Source: Octopus bimaculoides (Eukaryota). From it: DNA of 64,000 bases. Positions 14,306 to 27,374 of the stretch are shown in pieces (within the stretch, counting starts at the first letter, position 1; every line of letters begins with the position of its first letter). Under the pieces are notes generated by a model. That model was given only the letters and a program-made list of their open reading frames with translations, made no database searches and was not told the origin of the DNA. The stretch is taken from the NCBI RefSeq assembly GCF_001194135.2, contig NC_068985.1, positions 101,832,098-101,896,097 on the forward strand, read 5' to 3'. The position numbers and the translations under genes were made by a program.

Positions 14306-15507
14306 GGTATAAATGCGCATACATTTTGCGTAGTTTTCAACAAAGTGTAAAACAGATAAACTGCGGTACACGAGTTAACTACAGGAGTTTTATTATATAC
14401 TTTTAATACCTTACCGTATTGTAAACCAATGTTGAGTTCTACTTTGTGATTTCACTGCGCAAAGGACAACAGCACTCAAATTTATACACATATATACATA
14501 CATGCATTAAACATATCTCAGACACATATTTATATCATCAGTGTGTATGTCAATATGAATATGTAGATGTAACACGAAAACATCTACCTTTGTTCAACTG
14601 ATTTGTCTCAACATATGCACACTGTTCCATGTTTGTTTTTCCCCGTTTCTCACACATTGACGTGTTTTGTTTCGATGTTGACAGCTGGATGCATATAATA
14701 TGAAATGAATATATAATGAATTATTTTATAAAACAGAACGGTTTGCGCAATCTAGTATCTTATTGACTCTCGCTGTCATGCACATCCAGTATCATAGCAA
14801 CGCGAAACTAGTGATGTCAGGCCATCACTAGGTAGCGCATACGTTGGCGTATTCATATGCATATGATGAAATGATATCATTGACAAGCAAATACACAATT
14901 ATAAAAGTATCAAACATGGAAAGGGGGATGTCGCGTGATGCACTCTCTTGTTTAACGCATAATTATTTCTCTGAAATGCTACTACAGGGCCTATATATAT
15001 CTCACACCTAATGGATTATAATGCAGGTGTGTTAGATTGAAATCAGTGATAACTGAAAACACGGTGTTCATATTGTTGTTCAATTAATTTATGCTTTGCT
15101 ATGCTGTAACAATCGTAGATACGACAAATTGATTTCGAGATATGCGTTTTTCCTTATAACGTTCTTACTTCTCACACTTTTTAATATTATTTTCTGTTCT
15201 CTACATCTATTCAAAGTATATCATGTTATACGCATGAGATACATAATAGACACCGACACCCAAAATAAATACAAGGAATTGAATGATATATATGTATATA
15301 TATANNNNNNNNNNNNNNNNNNNNNNNNNNNNNNNNNNNNNNNNNNNNNNNNNNNNNNNNNNNNNNNNNNNNNNNNNNNNNNNNNNNNNNNNNNNNNNNN
15401 NNNNNNNNNNNNNNNNNNNNNNNNNNNNNNNNNNNNNNNNNNNNNNNNNNNNNNNNNNNNNNNNNNNNNNNNNNNNNNNNNNNNNNNNNNNNNNNNNNNN
15501 NNNNNNN

Positions 15508-16272
15508 AATAAGCAACACGGATTTCAAAGGTGATTGCAGTACGCACGTTTCATGCTACTCCAATTTATTTAAGTAATGCGAGCATTACATTAAATGCAA
15601 TATGAACAGCAATCGTCAGCTGCACGAAAATGCAGAAAATTACTGTAGAAAAGACATATTAATAAATGTGGCAACATTTCAAATCCAAGTGGGAGAGAGA
15701 ATACATAAAAATCCAAATGTGAGGAAGAATACATAAGTCCATCTTGACATAGCCCAGTCTATCCGGCTAGTAATTGATTCTAGACAAAAGTTTTAACTGT
15801 CTCAGATTTTATTGTTTCTTATCTAGTGGTAATAGCATAAGGGACAATTACTTCTAAAGAGAGGGAATGAAGTAATTGTCCCTTATGCTATCACCACTAG
15901 ATAAGAAACAATAAAACTTTTGACTAGAATCAATTACTAGCCTGATAGACTCGACTATGTCAAGATGGACTTATGTATTCTTCTTCACATTTGGATTTTT
16001 ATGTATTCTCTCTCCCACTTGGATTTGAAATGTTGCTACATTTATATGTCTTTTCTACAGTAATTTTCTGCATTTTCGTGCAGCTGAAGATTGTTCTTCA
16101 TATTGCATTTAATGTAATGCTCGCATTACTTAAATAAATTGGAGTAGCATGAAACGTGCGTACTGCAATCACCTTTGAAATCCGTGTTGCTTATTTTTTT
16201 GATTTTGATCACCAATCCTTTTGGGATACGATATTCGGGTGCCTACACATAAGTACTATATTCAACCTTGAA
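15508..16272. mobile_element. Giant palindromic (foldback-like) non-autonomous element, long form: arms 15508-15854 and 15869-16195, 14-nt loop, then an unpaired tail
   Basis: Right arm is the near-exact reverse complement of the left arm apart from a short indel and scattered mismatches; arm ends and tail recur at 30968-31222. Confidence 0.85.
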
Positions 16273-17336
16273 TATATATATATATATATATATANNNNNN
16301 NNNNNNNNNNNNNNNNNNNNNNNNNNNNNNNNNNNNNNNNNNNNNNNNNNNNNNNNNNNNNNNNNNNNNNNNNNNNNNNNNNNNNNNNNNNNNNNNNNNN
16401 NNNNNNNNNNNNNNNNNNNNNNNNNNNNNNNNNNNNNNNNNNNNNNNNNNNNNNNNNNNNNNNNNNNNNNNNNNNNNNNNNNNNNNNNNNNNNNNNNNNN
16501 NNNNNNNNNNNNNNNNNNNNNNNNNNNNNNNNNNNNNNNNNNNNNNNNNNNNNNNNNNNNNNNNNNNNNNNNNNNNNNNNNNNNNNNNNNNNNNNNNNNN
16601 NNNNNNNNNNNNNNNNNNNNNNNNNNNNNNNNNNNNNNNNNNNNNNNNNNNNNNNNNNNNNNNNNNNNNNNNNNNNNNNNNNNNNNNNNNNNNNNNNNNN
16701 NNNNNNNNNNNNNNNNNNNNNNNNNNNNNNNNNNNNNNNNNNNNNNNNNNNNNNNNNNNNNNNNNNNNNNNNNNNNNNNNNNNNNNNNNNNNNNNNNNNN
16801 NNNNNNNNNNNNNNNNNNNNNNNNNNNGAAGATAGAGGAAGACAGATAGATAAATAGATAGAGAGGATGGTGGAGGGAGGAAGTGGAACAAGGAGGAAGG
16901 GACAGATGGGTATAGCAGTGAAGTAGAGGCCAGGACATAGGGATAGATAGAAAGATAGAGGAAGACAGATAGATAAATAGATAGATAGATAGATAGATAG
17001 AGTCACGTCAGAATAATAAAGTAGACTTACTTGCAAAAAAGGACGTGTGCGTTCAATAATGTAATAATACAAAGAATATATATACATGTATACACACATA
17101 TATGTACATACTTACATCTACATGTGTATATATATATATGCATATCAGGGTACAGGATGTTAGAACAAGGAACTACAGACTTCCGATGAAGATACAAATC
17201 TTCAAGGCTCAAAGGCCTTGAAGAGTCAAAACTTTTCATACACTCCTCGTATATGTACGTATGTATCTAAAGATAGATGGATGGATGTATAGAGTATTTG
17301 AAGTAGTGTACAGATATTGTACATTAAGAAAAAAGG

Positions 17337-17498
17337 ATGAAGTCAGAATTTTTATTTTTTTATCCGCGCTCTCGTTCGTTGAAACGAACGCTTCAAGAAA
17401 GATTAAAACCAAGATCTTGGTTGTAAATTTTCTTGAAGAGCTCGGTTAAACAAACGAAAGCGCTGATAAAGAATTATCTAAAATTCTGAATGAATCAT
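17337..17498. repeat. About 160-bp imperfect palindrome with no central loop (centre 17414/17415)
   Basis: CTTCAAGAAAGATTAAAACCAAGA|TCTTGGTTGTAAATTTTCTTGAAG core, extending outward to GCGCT/AGCGC and TCAGAATTT/AAATTCTGA. Confidence 0.8.
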
Positions 17499-17847
17499 AT
17501 TTCTTTATATATATAAGTATGTATGTATGTATGTATGTATGTATGTATGTATGTATGTATGTATGTATGTGTGAGTGTGTTTGTGTATGCGTGTGTATGT
17601 ATCTATCCTATTTCCACGCATTAAAGTACAAGCATCGACTTATATGCATGATTACTACATCTTTGAAAGATCTCACGTTATACGATTGATAAATAATAGA
17701 CGTCTACAGTGAAAACAAATACAAGAAATTAAACGATATACATACATGCATATACACACATATACATATATGTGTTACATATACGCAAATATATACATAA
17801 ATATATATTATATATACATATACATATACGTGTTTATGGGTTATGGG

Positions 17848-17998
<151 letters not shown>

Positions 17999-19959
17999 AT
18001 TTATATATCATATGTGCACGGTTTAAGTACAGGCGTTAGTTTATCTGAATATGAATAGAAATTTCTGTTTGCTTTGGCTACCACCATACATGTGTGTTGA
18101 TGTATAATATAACTTTAAATATGTGCATGCATGGATATGTGAATCAGTGATAACATATATTTTTGTGCATCTTCGCGTATATGTGTGCGTGTGTATGTGT
18201 GTGTAATAGCGTTACAAAAAACATACACATATACATACATACAAATAAAAATAGTTATATACAAACATATGCGTGAGTGTGTGTGTAGTTGATAGTGTTA
18301 GAAAAATTGTTTCCGCATGCAGTATCACTTTGATATATGTGTTGGATATTTGGTTTTGTTGCTCATCTTTATGTATGCATCCATGCACACATCGAAATAG
18401 ATTCGCATTTTTCTATAGTTTGAAATTCTAAATATTAATACCCAGAGATACATACGCACATGTACAGGAGCACTGAAAAAGTTCGAATGAGCACACAATC
18501 AAATAAATACAAGTACACTCGCGCTGGCAAAAATATCTAGCCGTGAACGTATAGGTGAGGGAATATAAATGTTTAATACACATTATTACACGTGAATTTT
18601 AATCGTGTTTTTGCATGTGTATTTCAATTTATGTGTAACCTTTTTCCTTTTTAATTGTACTAGGCCTCTCTAATAGAATATGCATTATGTGGGAACATAA
18701 ATTCCATATACACTTCTCTTTTCAATCTGAAAATTCATCGAAGTGATCGTGTATACATATGTGTGTGTGAATGTGTGTTGAATTTAAATTCCAAATTTGG
18801 AAGCATAGTGGTATGTTTTTTTTTAAGAAATGCAATTTATGTTAGAATTCCAGACCATACTCTCCTTATTCTATGCATAGGTATCGCACAAAATATTTTA
18901 AATGAATTCGCTACGAATATATAAGTTAAAGTACTCCCTTCCAAGTTAAATATTGGATTTATCCATTTGATTTTACACTGTTGTTTAATGACGGTAAAAG
19001 AAAGCCCGAAGCTAATTTTTATATATCAGACAAATAAAAAGCATTAGGCTGAAAAACGCTAACAATAAAACTTTTTTGTGTATAGTTAGTTACAAAACCC
19101 ACCCCACCCTACTGCCTTTAAATTTCCTTCAGCACAACAAGTCAAATCAGCAGCAAAGATGCTTAGCTCAAAGCATAAATTGCAAGGGCTACTAATAGCT
19201 TAGGCAAGCTATTCTTCTGATGGTGATTTAATTGCCATATATTTATTTCCATACGAACTGCCCTAGGTATTAAAAGTCATAAAATTCTCAATTATCTCAT
19301 ACATACATACGTGCATACATGCATACATACATACATGTATTGGATCATTCTATAGTTCTGGGCAATTTCGACAATTATGTCTTTAAGCGCTTCATATAAC
19401 AGCTGTGAGCTTGATATGACTAATATGTTTGTATCACTTGCAGTGTGGCAAAATATCATTATGTCTTATACATTTGCTAGCCCTTTTTAATTTCGAAGAT
19501 TTATTACCTAAAATGACATTTACTATACGTAATGCTTCCCTCCTTTCTGACAGCTGAAAGCAATACACAACAGTATAAAACGCTTGTGAACTGTATGATA
19601 AAATGTATGGTGAATTTGCAGTAGATACACAATTTAAACGCGTTTCAACCTAGAATATACAACTCGCTATAGAAAACATTCAGATTTGGAGGATATTGTT
19701 TTGAAAGTAAACTTAGAAGCCGACACAAAAATCAAAAGTAATGACTTTTCAACAATACTGACAGTTCTAAAAATTACTATTTATGAACTTTAATAAAATT
19801 GTCTATATTTCCTGTTATGGTGTATGTGTCTTTCACAAGTTGTCAGAGAAAAATTGCTCTGATCAGAATTCCGCATCCGATAAACAATGGAACTTAGCCG
19901 TTTTTTAAGCATTTCTTGACTATAATTGCATAATAGAATGTATAGGAGCAACCAATCGT

Positions 19960-20518
19960 TGAATTTGCGTGAGAAGCTACTAAGGAGCTGTCAAAGTTGA
20001 ATGGTCGTGCAAAAATAACTTTGCTTTCTGTTTGGTGGAATTTCGAAGGCATCATGTATTATGTCTTACTCCCACAGAATGAGACTATCAATTTGAATGT
20101 GTACGGTTGCCTGCCGGATAAATTCAATCCACAACTCACCAGATATGGCTAGAACTATCCGACCAGAATGGGGATGCATGACACAAAGACAAAGACGGAC
20201 CCTATGTGTATTTAGCTACTCGAAATCATTTACATGACCACGGGGATGGTCTTTTACTACACCCACAAATCTCACCTGATATTGATTTGCCCGACTTACA
20301 AAGAATCCTTGACTGGAAATCCTTTAATTATATAGATTCAGGAAAGAATTAGTGGATAAAATTTTCTCTCCAAGAGTGGGAATTTTGAAAATGTCGAATA
20401 AATGTACTAAAATCTGAAACGAAAGCTGAGCGTAATCTGATGAATAACTGTTATTATAATGCAATTATGTTTTATTTCCATCATTCAAAAACTTCCAGAA
20501 GTTTCGGATGATGCAGTA
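19960..20518 (+). mobile_element. Mariner (DD34D) transposon, decayed 3' half with right TIR remnant
   Basis: LLSVWWNFEGIMYYVLLPQNETIN matches the mariner WWD.KG..YELL..TIN motif; HPQISPD resembles HPPYSPD; ends GGATGATGCAGTA, similar to the TIR end at 28055-28067. Confidence 0.7.
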
Positions 20519-21099
20519 TGAGTGTTTATTTATGAATACATTCATACGTGCAAACACACCCACACTCTCTCAAACACACACACACACACAAATGTATCCC
20601 TCTCTATCTCTAACCATCTATTTTTTTCCTATTTATAACTAGCGCGGTTTATACATATTGTATGTAATTTTTATAAATATGTAACGTCTAATATAATACT
20701 GGAATAAATCGGAAAGAAAAATATTGCAATCTATAAACTGACAGACCGTGAAATGCACTTTATATAGCTTCCTGTTACATAAGTCTTTGTATGAGAGTGA
20801 AGTTAAAGTTTGCGTTCGATAAATGAAAGCGACAAGTGTTTCCTGCAAAATACTGAAAACATATATATATATATATCAAGTGATATACAATTCCACATTT
20901 TTTTCTATGACTGATTATTTGACTATCTTCAGCATGAATCATGAATGCTGTCAAACCAACGTTATACATCATTTTTATAATTCAAACTGTGCTTCTAAAT
21001 TGCTCTTCTTCAGAAATTCATTCAAGTGTTTCATTATTTAACCTGTGATCATAGAAATTAAAGAATATTTCATACTGCTCATATAGATGCAGATGATGA

Positions 21100-21720
21100 A
21101 TTCGAGATTACAGCTTCTGTGTAATTGTGAAGAAAGGAAAAGGAATTCCGAAAGTGTTGGATTACTTAAATAAATTTTTGAATGCAGTTTTTAAAAGAAA
21201 GTAGGATGTATGAATGGAATGGCTAGAAACTATGTAGCTACAGCAACGGATCAACATCAATTTTAATAACAACTCAAATCTGTGTTACAGCAATCAAATT
21301 CGTGAAAGGTAAAAAGCCGGTGAGGACAGCAAGGACTAATCGTCTACTAGATGGTGCCCAATCATGGATATAAAAGTGGACTTCTCCGAAAGACTGCAGT
21401 CTCCCCATTTCCATACAACCCTAGATGAGATGTAGCTCTACTGTCTGACAAGGCAAGGAAATAATCTTAATTGAACTCACATACTCAGGAAGCACAGTGT
21501 GATCAAGCCTACAAGTGGAAGCGCGCTAAATACGAGATTGTTCATCAAGTGTGTAGGTACAAAGGATGGAGGTCATGGATCTTCCCAGTCGGAGTTGACT
21601 GTAGAAAATCATACTCATTGGAATAAGAAGAAAATACCGAAATGTGGCTGTGAATAGGATGGTACCTCTTACTGGCTTGGATCAAAATGCAGGTCCATGG
21701 TTAAGGTCCATAGTCGAAAC
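21100..21720 (+). mobile_element. RLE-encoding non-LTR retrotransposon (HERO-like), decayed C-terminus
   Basis: Across frameshifts: RLLDGAQSW, (P)DVALLSDKARK, IILIELT, AYKWKRAKYE, CRYKGWRSWIFPVGVDCR; this fits the PD...E..K restriction-like endonuclease of HERO-type elements. Confidence 0.7.
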
Positions 21721-21821
21721 ACTCAATGATTCTTAGATGCTATTTGATGACATTGGCTCATCCGAAGCAAAGAACTTTCCATATGGTGAATAGAAAAGAA
21801 GCACTTTCTAGATATCATCAT

Positions 21822-21864
<43 letters not shown>

Positions 21865-21891
21865 NNNNNNNNNNNNNNNNNNNNNNNNNNN

Positions 21892-21960
<69 letters not shown>

Positions 21961-22244
21961 CTGTGGAGAATGAAAAATGTGAACATTCAAACCTTGTTTA
22001 TTTCCAGTTAGTTCATTCATAATAATTTTCTGACACTTGTTTCAATCGCATTAACTGCATATTGTTGAATATTTATGTGAATAAACTAACGGAAATAAAC
22101 ATAAATTTTGAAAATTCAAATTCTACATTCCCGCTATTATCAATATTGTACTCTACACCCTAAGTAGTGAAGAAATAGATAGTAACATCGGATGGGAGCG
22201 AAAGGTACTAGCCTTGGCATTTTACTAAGGGAAATTTGGATACT

Positions 22245-22311
<67 letters not shown>

Positions 22312-22315
22312 TATA

Positions 22316-23030
22316 TAGGGTGGAACATAAAGATTTTCCACATCGTGAATGAATATAAAAAGAGAACACAACCATTCAGGAAAAAGATCGATTATGCTTC
22401 TATGAAGTACATAAAAAACAGTTTATTTTGCTGAGTTTTAAAACTATATAAGACAAATGGCAGCCGTTGTTGGAAATACGCTGATGCCGTCGTTCCCGGA
22501 AGTTTTCCATGACTCCATGTCATCTCAGGTGGTAACGCATTGATTTTCTAACGAAATATTTTCTAACGAAATATTTTCTAACGAAATATTTCTTATGAAA
22601 TATCTGCGACGATGTCGCAAAACTTTATCCTTCAGGTATCCCCAAAGGAAAAATTCACAAGGACTTAAATCTGGTGACCTGGCAAGCCACCCCGTATCTC
22701 CCCATCAAAGGAATCAATTGGCCAAGAAACATTTCCTTCAACACTCCAAGTGAACGTCGTGCTGTGTGAGTCGTGGCACCGCCCTGTTGAAACCACAGAT
22801 TTTCCATATACAACCCATTCAGTTTAGGGTGCAAAATGTTCCCCAGCAGAGGCAACCGTTACTGTTTAATGACCTTTTTTTGAAAAAAGTACTGGCCGAT
22901 GACTCCAAAATCGGCAACTGCACACCAAACAGTTACACGAGGAGGATGAAGCGGTCTTTCGTTGAGTTCATGAGGATTATGTTCAGCCCAGTAGCGAAAA
23001 TTCTGCAAGCAACATTTCGGTAGAACTTTC
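22316..23030 (-). mobile_element. Tc1/mariner of DD41D (rosa/Visitor) type, 5'-truncated, with TA|TAGGGTG terminus
   Basis: VTVWCAVADFGVIGQYFF, LWFQQGGATTHTA, SPDLSPCEFFLWGYLKDKV on the minus strand; contains an in-frame 15-bp triplication at 22544-22588. Confidence 0.8.
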
Positions 23031-24197
23031 AGTACACTATGTTATGGAAAAATGTAAACATCGTTTAATAATGAAATAATATCATCTAGACAGACAGAGA
23101 TTTAGTTTTCATTTAATGCTTGAATTCCCTTAGTTGCAATTTACCAAGTTAAGCATTCTTATAAAGCATGCACTGGCGCACTCAAAAAGGTCAGAGGTAT
23201 TAAAAGAAATCTGTTGTGTTTTTCGCTTGAATATATTTGAGTGGAAGATAATAATGATCTATTTCATGAAGAACGTTTTTACAAATGGACGATATCATTA
23301 TAAAAATCTGTGTGTGTGTGTGCATGTGAGCGCGTGTGAGCGTGTGTGCGTAATGCTTTTCATTTGCTTCTATGATTTTATTCGTTTATTATGTTTAGAA
23401 AGGTGTACACATGCGTGAGACCACAGAGGTGTTTGAAAATATGTAATGCGCACACATATAAAGAAACAAATACATCGTAATAATAATGCTGCTTTTGAAT
23501 TTGAAATCATCATTAATTATCTTCAACATTTTGAGAAAAATATCACCTCATGCAATATAATTCAGATATAATATAATTTATAATATACACAACATTAAAT
23601 ATTTCCAGCTAAGTCGTTTAATCACGGGATTTGATTTCAGAATTCTTCATCATTTGATCATTATTTGTTTTTCTATAACACCAACCTCTTCATTACTTTA
23701 ATAAATTAATTAACTAATTAAGATCTATAAAACGAAACCAGTTTTGATAAAAAACTAAAAAAAAAATAAGTAAATTTTACTCAGAATGAACGTTTCAAAT
23801 TTACAAATGTTCTTTGAAAATGTACAATAAATTTATTTTGTAATAATTGTTTACACCAAAATCTATGTAGTTCCTTTTGTTGAGTGGCTGTCTGTAGCTT
23901 TCCTGTTGTTTTGAAATGATACGATTTAAAGCGAAATACTCCATCTGTGTTTCACGCAATTAATTAATAACAACTATCAATTTGTATTGCTTTCTCCTAT
24001 TCAGATAAACAAGCCTAATCTATGTGCTACTAAATCGACTCCAGTGTATTCCTCTTACATATTTTATCACTACTGGAAATATTTGGTACCTAAACAGATT
24101 AATGTGGTAAATGAAAATATATCAGCCCTTTGGCCTGGTGACGTGGTATTCCATCACCCTCATAGCAATAATTTATAACAAAGCATGTCAAATACCA

Positions 24198-24433
24198 TAA
24201 AGTAGAGATTCCATCAGGGTCTCTATATGCATACAATGCTGTTTGATTTCACGGGTATATCCAGCATGACAAGATTATTTATTTATCGCGTTTCGGAGGT
24301 GTTTCTCATTGCATTATATACATATAACGTATACGTATGCAGATATAAATATATATGCATGTGTGTGTGTGTTTGAGTGGGTCTGTGTTTATGTATGTAT
24401 ATATATATATACTTAAATATATATATATATATT
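24198..24433 (+). repeat. 236-bp block duplicated identically at 25738-25973 on the other side of a gap
   Basis: Direct comparison; offset 1540 bp. Confidence 0.95.
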
Positions 24434-24456
24434 AAATACACTCACTTACATATACG

Positions 24457-24530
<74 letters not shown>

Positions 24531-24799
24531 CATTTCTTTTATTAGCCACACAGGGCTCAACGAAGATGGGACAAATACAATGTAGAGCTTTTCTTTTTGG
24601 GAGGGGGAAGGAAAAAAAAAGAGTGGTGTCGATCAAAAGGGATCGTAGGAAGGGAAAAAGGGGGAGTTCGATCAAAAGGGATCGAAAAAAAAAGAAAAAA
24701 AAAAGGCCGATCAATAGGGATCGTGTATCACACAGTAATGTTCTCGTGTAAAAAGAGGGGAGGACAGTTTAGGTTTAGCCGTGGAAAGAAAAGCCTACG
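24531..24799 (-). mobile_element. Probable 3' end of a non-LTR retroelement with three periodic hairpins, running into a (GATA)n tract
   Basis: Minus strand ends ...GCCCTGTGTGGCTAATAAAAAGAAA then (TATC)n; the rest lies in the gap. Family assignment is from recall only. Confidence 0.45.
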
Positions 24800-27179
24800 N
24801 NNNNNNNNNNNNNNNNNNNNNNNNNNNNNNNNNNNNNNNNNNNNNNNNNNNNNNNNNNNNNNNNNNNNNNNNNNNNNNNNNNNNNNNNNNNNNNNNNNNN
24901 NNNNNNNNNNNNNNNNNNNNNNNNNNNNNNNNNNNNNNNNNNNNNNNNNNNNNNNNNNNNNNNNNNNNNNNNNNNNNNNNNNNNNNNNNNNNNNNNNNNN
25001 NNNNNNNNNNNNNNNNNNNNNNNNNNNNNNNNNNNNNNNNNNNNNNNNNNNNNNNNNNNNNNNNNNNNNNNNNNNNNNNNNNNNNNNNNNNNNNNNNNNN
25101 NNNNNNNNNNNNNNNNNNNNNNNNNNNNNNNNNNNNNNNNNNNNNNNNNNNNNNNNNNNNNNNNNNNNNNNNNNNNNNNNNNNNNNNNNNNNNNNNNNNN
25201 NNNNNNNNNNNNNNNNNNNNNNNNNNNNNNNNNNNNNNNNNNNNNNNNNNNNNNNNNNNNNNNNNNNNNNNNNNNNNNNNNNNNNNNNNNNNNNNNNNNN
25301 NNNNNNNNNNNNNNNNNNNNNNNNNNNNNNNNNNNNNNNNNNNNNNNNNNNNNNNNNNNNNNNNNNNNNNNNNNNNNNNNNNNNNNNNNNNNNNNNNNNN
25401 NNNNNNNNNNNNNNNNNNNNNNNNNNNNNNNNNNNNNNNNNNNNNNNNNNNNNNNNNNNNNNNNNNNNNNNNNNNNNNNNNNNNNNNNNNNNNNNNNNNN
25501 NNNNNNNNNNNNNNNNNNNNNNNNNNNNNNNNNNNNNNNNNNNNNNNNNNNNNNNNNNNNNNNNNNNNNNNNNNNNNNNNNNNNNNNNNNNNNNNNNNNN
25601 NNNNNNNNNNNNNNNNNNNNNNNNNNNNNNNNNNNNNNNNNNNNNNNNNNNNNNNNNNNNNNNNNNNNNNNNNNNNNNNNNNNNNNNNNNNNNNNNNNNN
25701 NNNNNNNNNNNNNNNNNNNNNNNNNNNNNNNNNNNNNTAAAGTAGAGATTCCATCAGGGTCTCTATATGCATACAATGCTGTTTGATTTCACGGGTATAT
25801 CCAGCATGACAAGATTATTTATTTATCGCGTTTCGGAGGTGTTTCTCATTGCATTATATACATATAACGTATACGTATGCAGATATAAATATATATGCAT
25901 GTGTGTGTGTGTTTGAGTGGGTCTGTGTTTATGTATGTATATATATATATACTTAAATATATATATATATATTTATATATATACACACACATATATATGT
26001 AAGAAGCTCCTCTTTAGTATGAATGTGTAAGTTGGGCCGGGTCGAAGTATTATTTGATAAAGTCTATATTCTATACTGTTTGTCATCGTGTCAAATTGGA
26101 TTTGCTAATACATCCATTGTCATGTGTCCATTAGTCTATTCCGCGTTTATATCCGATTTTCGTATGTATCGTCTTATTTTCCTTTGTTAATTTATGCTTT
26201 TTATTGTCCCATTCGATTCTTGCGTTTATATTCACATATTTGTGTAGATATATCGACGAATAAATTGACATAAGAAAGATGTATAAATAGCTTGATAGTT
26301 AATTTAGAACTTTAGTGTATATGTTATGATTCTTTATTGCTTTTGACATAAGCTTTACATACAGTTTCCAATATCATTTCGTTTCCAGTGTAAATGATTA
26401 GTTGAATTACGAGTGTTACAAGTTCTCATACAGTAAACACAATCTATATTTGCGGCGTTGGAGGAATAAAGTGCTGTTAAACCGAAGCGAGTGTAGTAAT
26501 GTGTTTTGCTGTTTCCGGTTACAACCATCGCCTTACCATATCGTTAATAACGGGGAGATAGGCAAGATTGTTTCCTATATAGAAAATACGAATTACGGTT
26601 TTGTACGGTTCTACGTGAAATAATTATTGATATGTTCATAGGATTTTTGATGAATTATTTCAGTTTAACTGTAAAATCAATGGAATTCAAAATTATTAAA
26701 TTTATTTTAGACTCTTTAAACTATCGTCAAACAAATTTGAATAGCATCAGGAGTTTACATAGATATTGTGTGGACAATCATACGTACTAAATTACCTAAG
26801 TGAAAGGCCGGATTTAGTCAAATTTCGATTTATATTTACGTATGTATATATATATTTCTGTATGTATGTATGCATGGATGTAAACATGCATGTATGTATA
26901 TATGTATGTATGTATATATGTATGTATGTATGTATGTTTGTATGTATGTATGTATGTATGTATGTATGCGCAAGATTTACTGCCAGCCAAGATGTTTTTC
27001 TAACCACATAATGTTGAGTTCAGTCCCGCTGTACACACCGCACAAACTGATGCATTCTCGTACACACAAATATTTTTTTATATTTGCACAAAACACGGAT
27101 TTATACACATATATATTAATGATAATAATAAATTGACAACAAAATAGTGAGACTTCGATATTATGTAAATAGAGGAATG

Positions 27180-27220
<41 letters not shown>

Positions 27221-27374
27221 TAGGACAATAAGTAAGTTATCATAATAGAACTTTATGTGAGGATGAAATTGCGTATACATATATACGTATATGTGTCTGT
27301 ATAGTTATGCATATATATGCATATACATGCATATGTGTCTGCGTGTGTGTATGTAGAGATGTGTATATGAGCAA

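Noticed and set aside
24630-24723. CRISPR array interpretation of the periodic palindromic repeats
   Set aside because: Only three 16-nt units, low-complexity purine spacers, eukaryotic context, no cas genes; kept as a structural finding instead.
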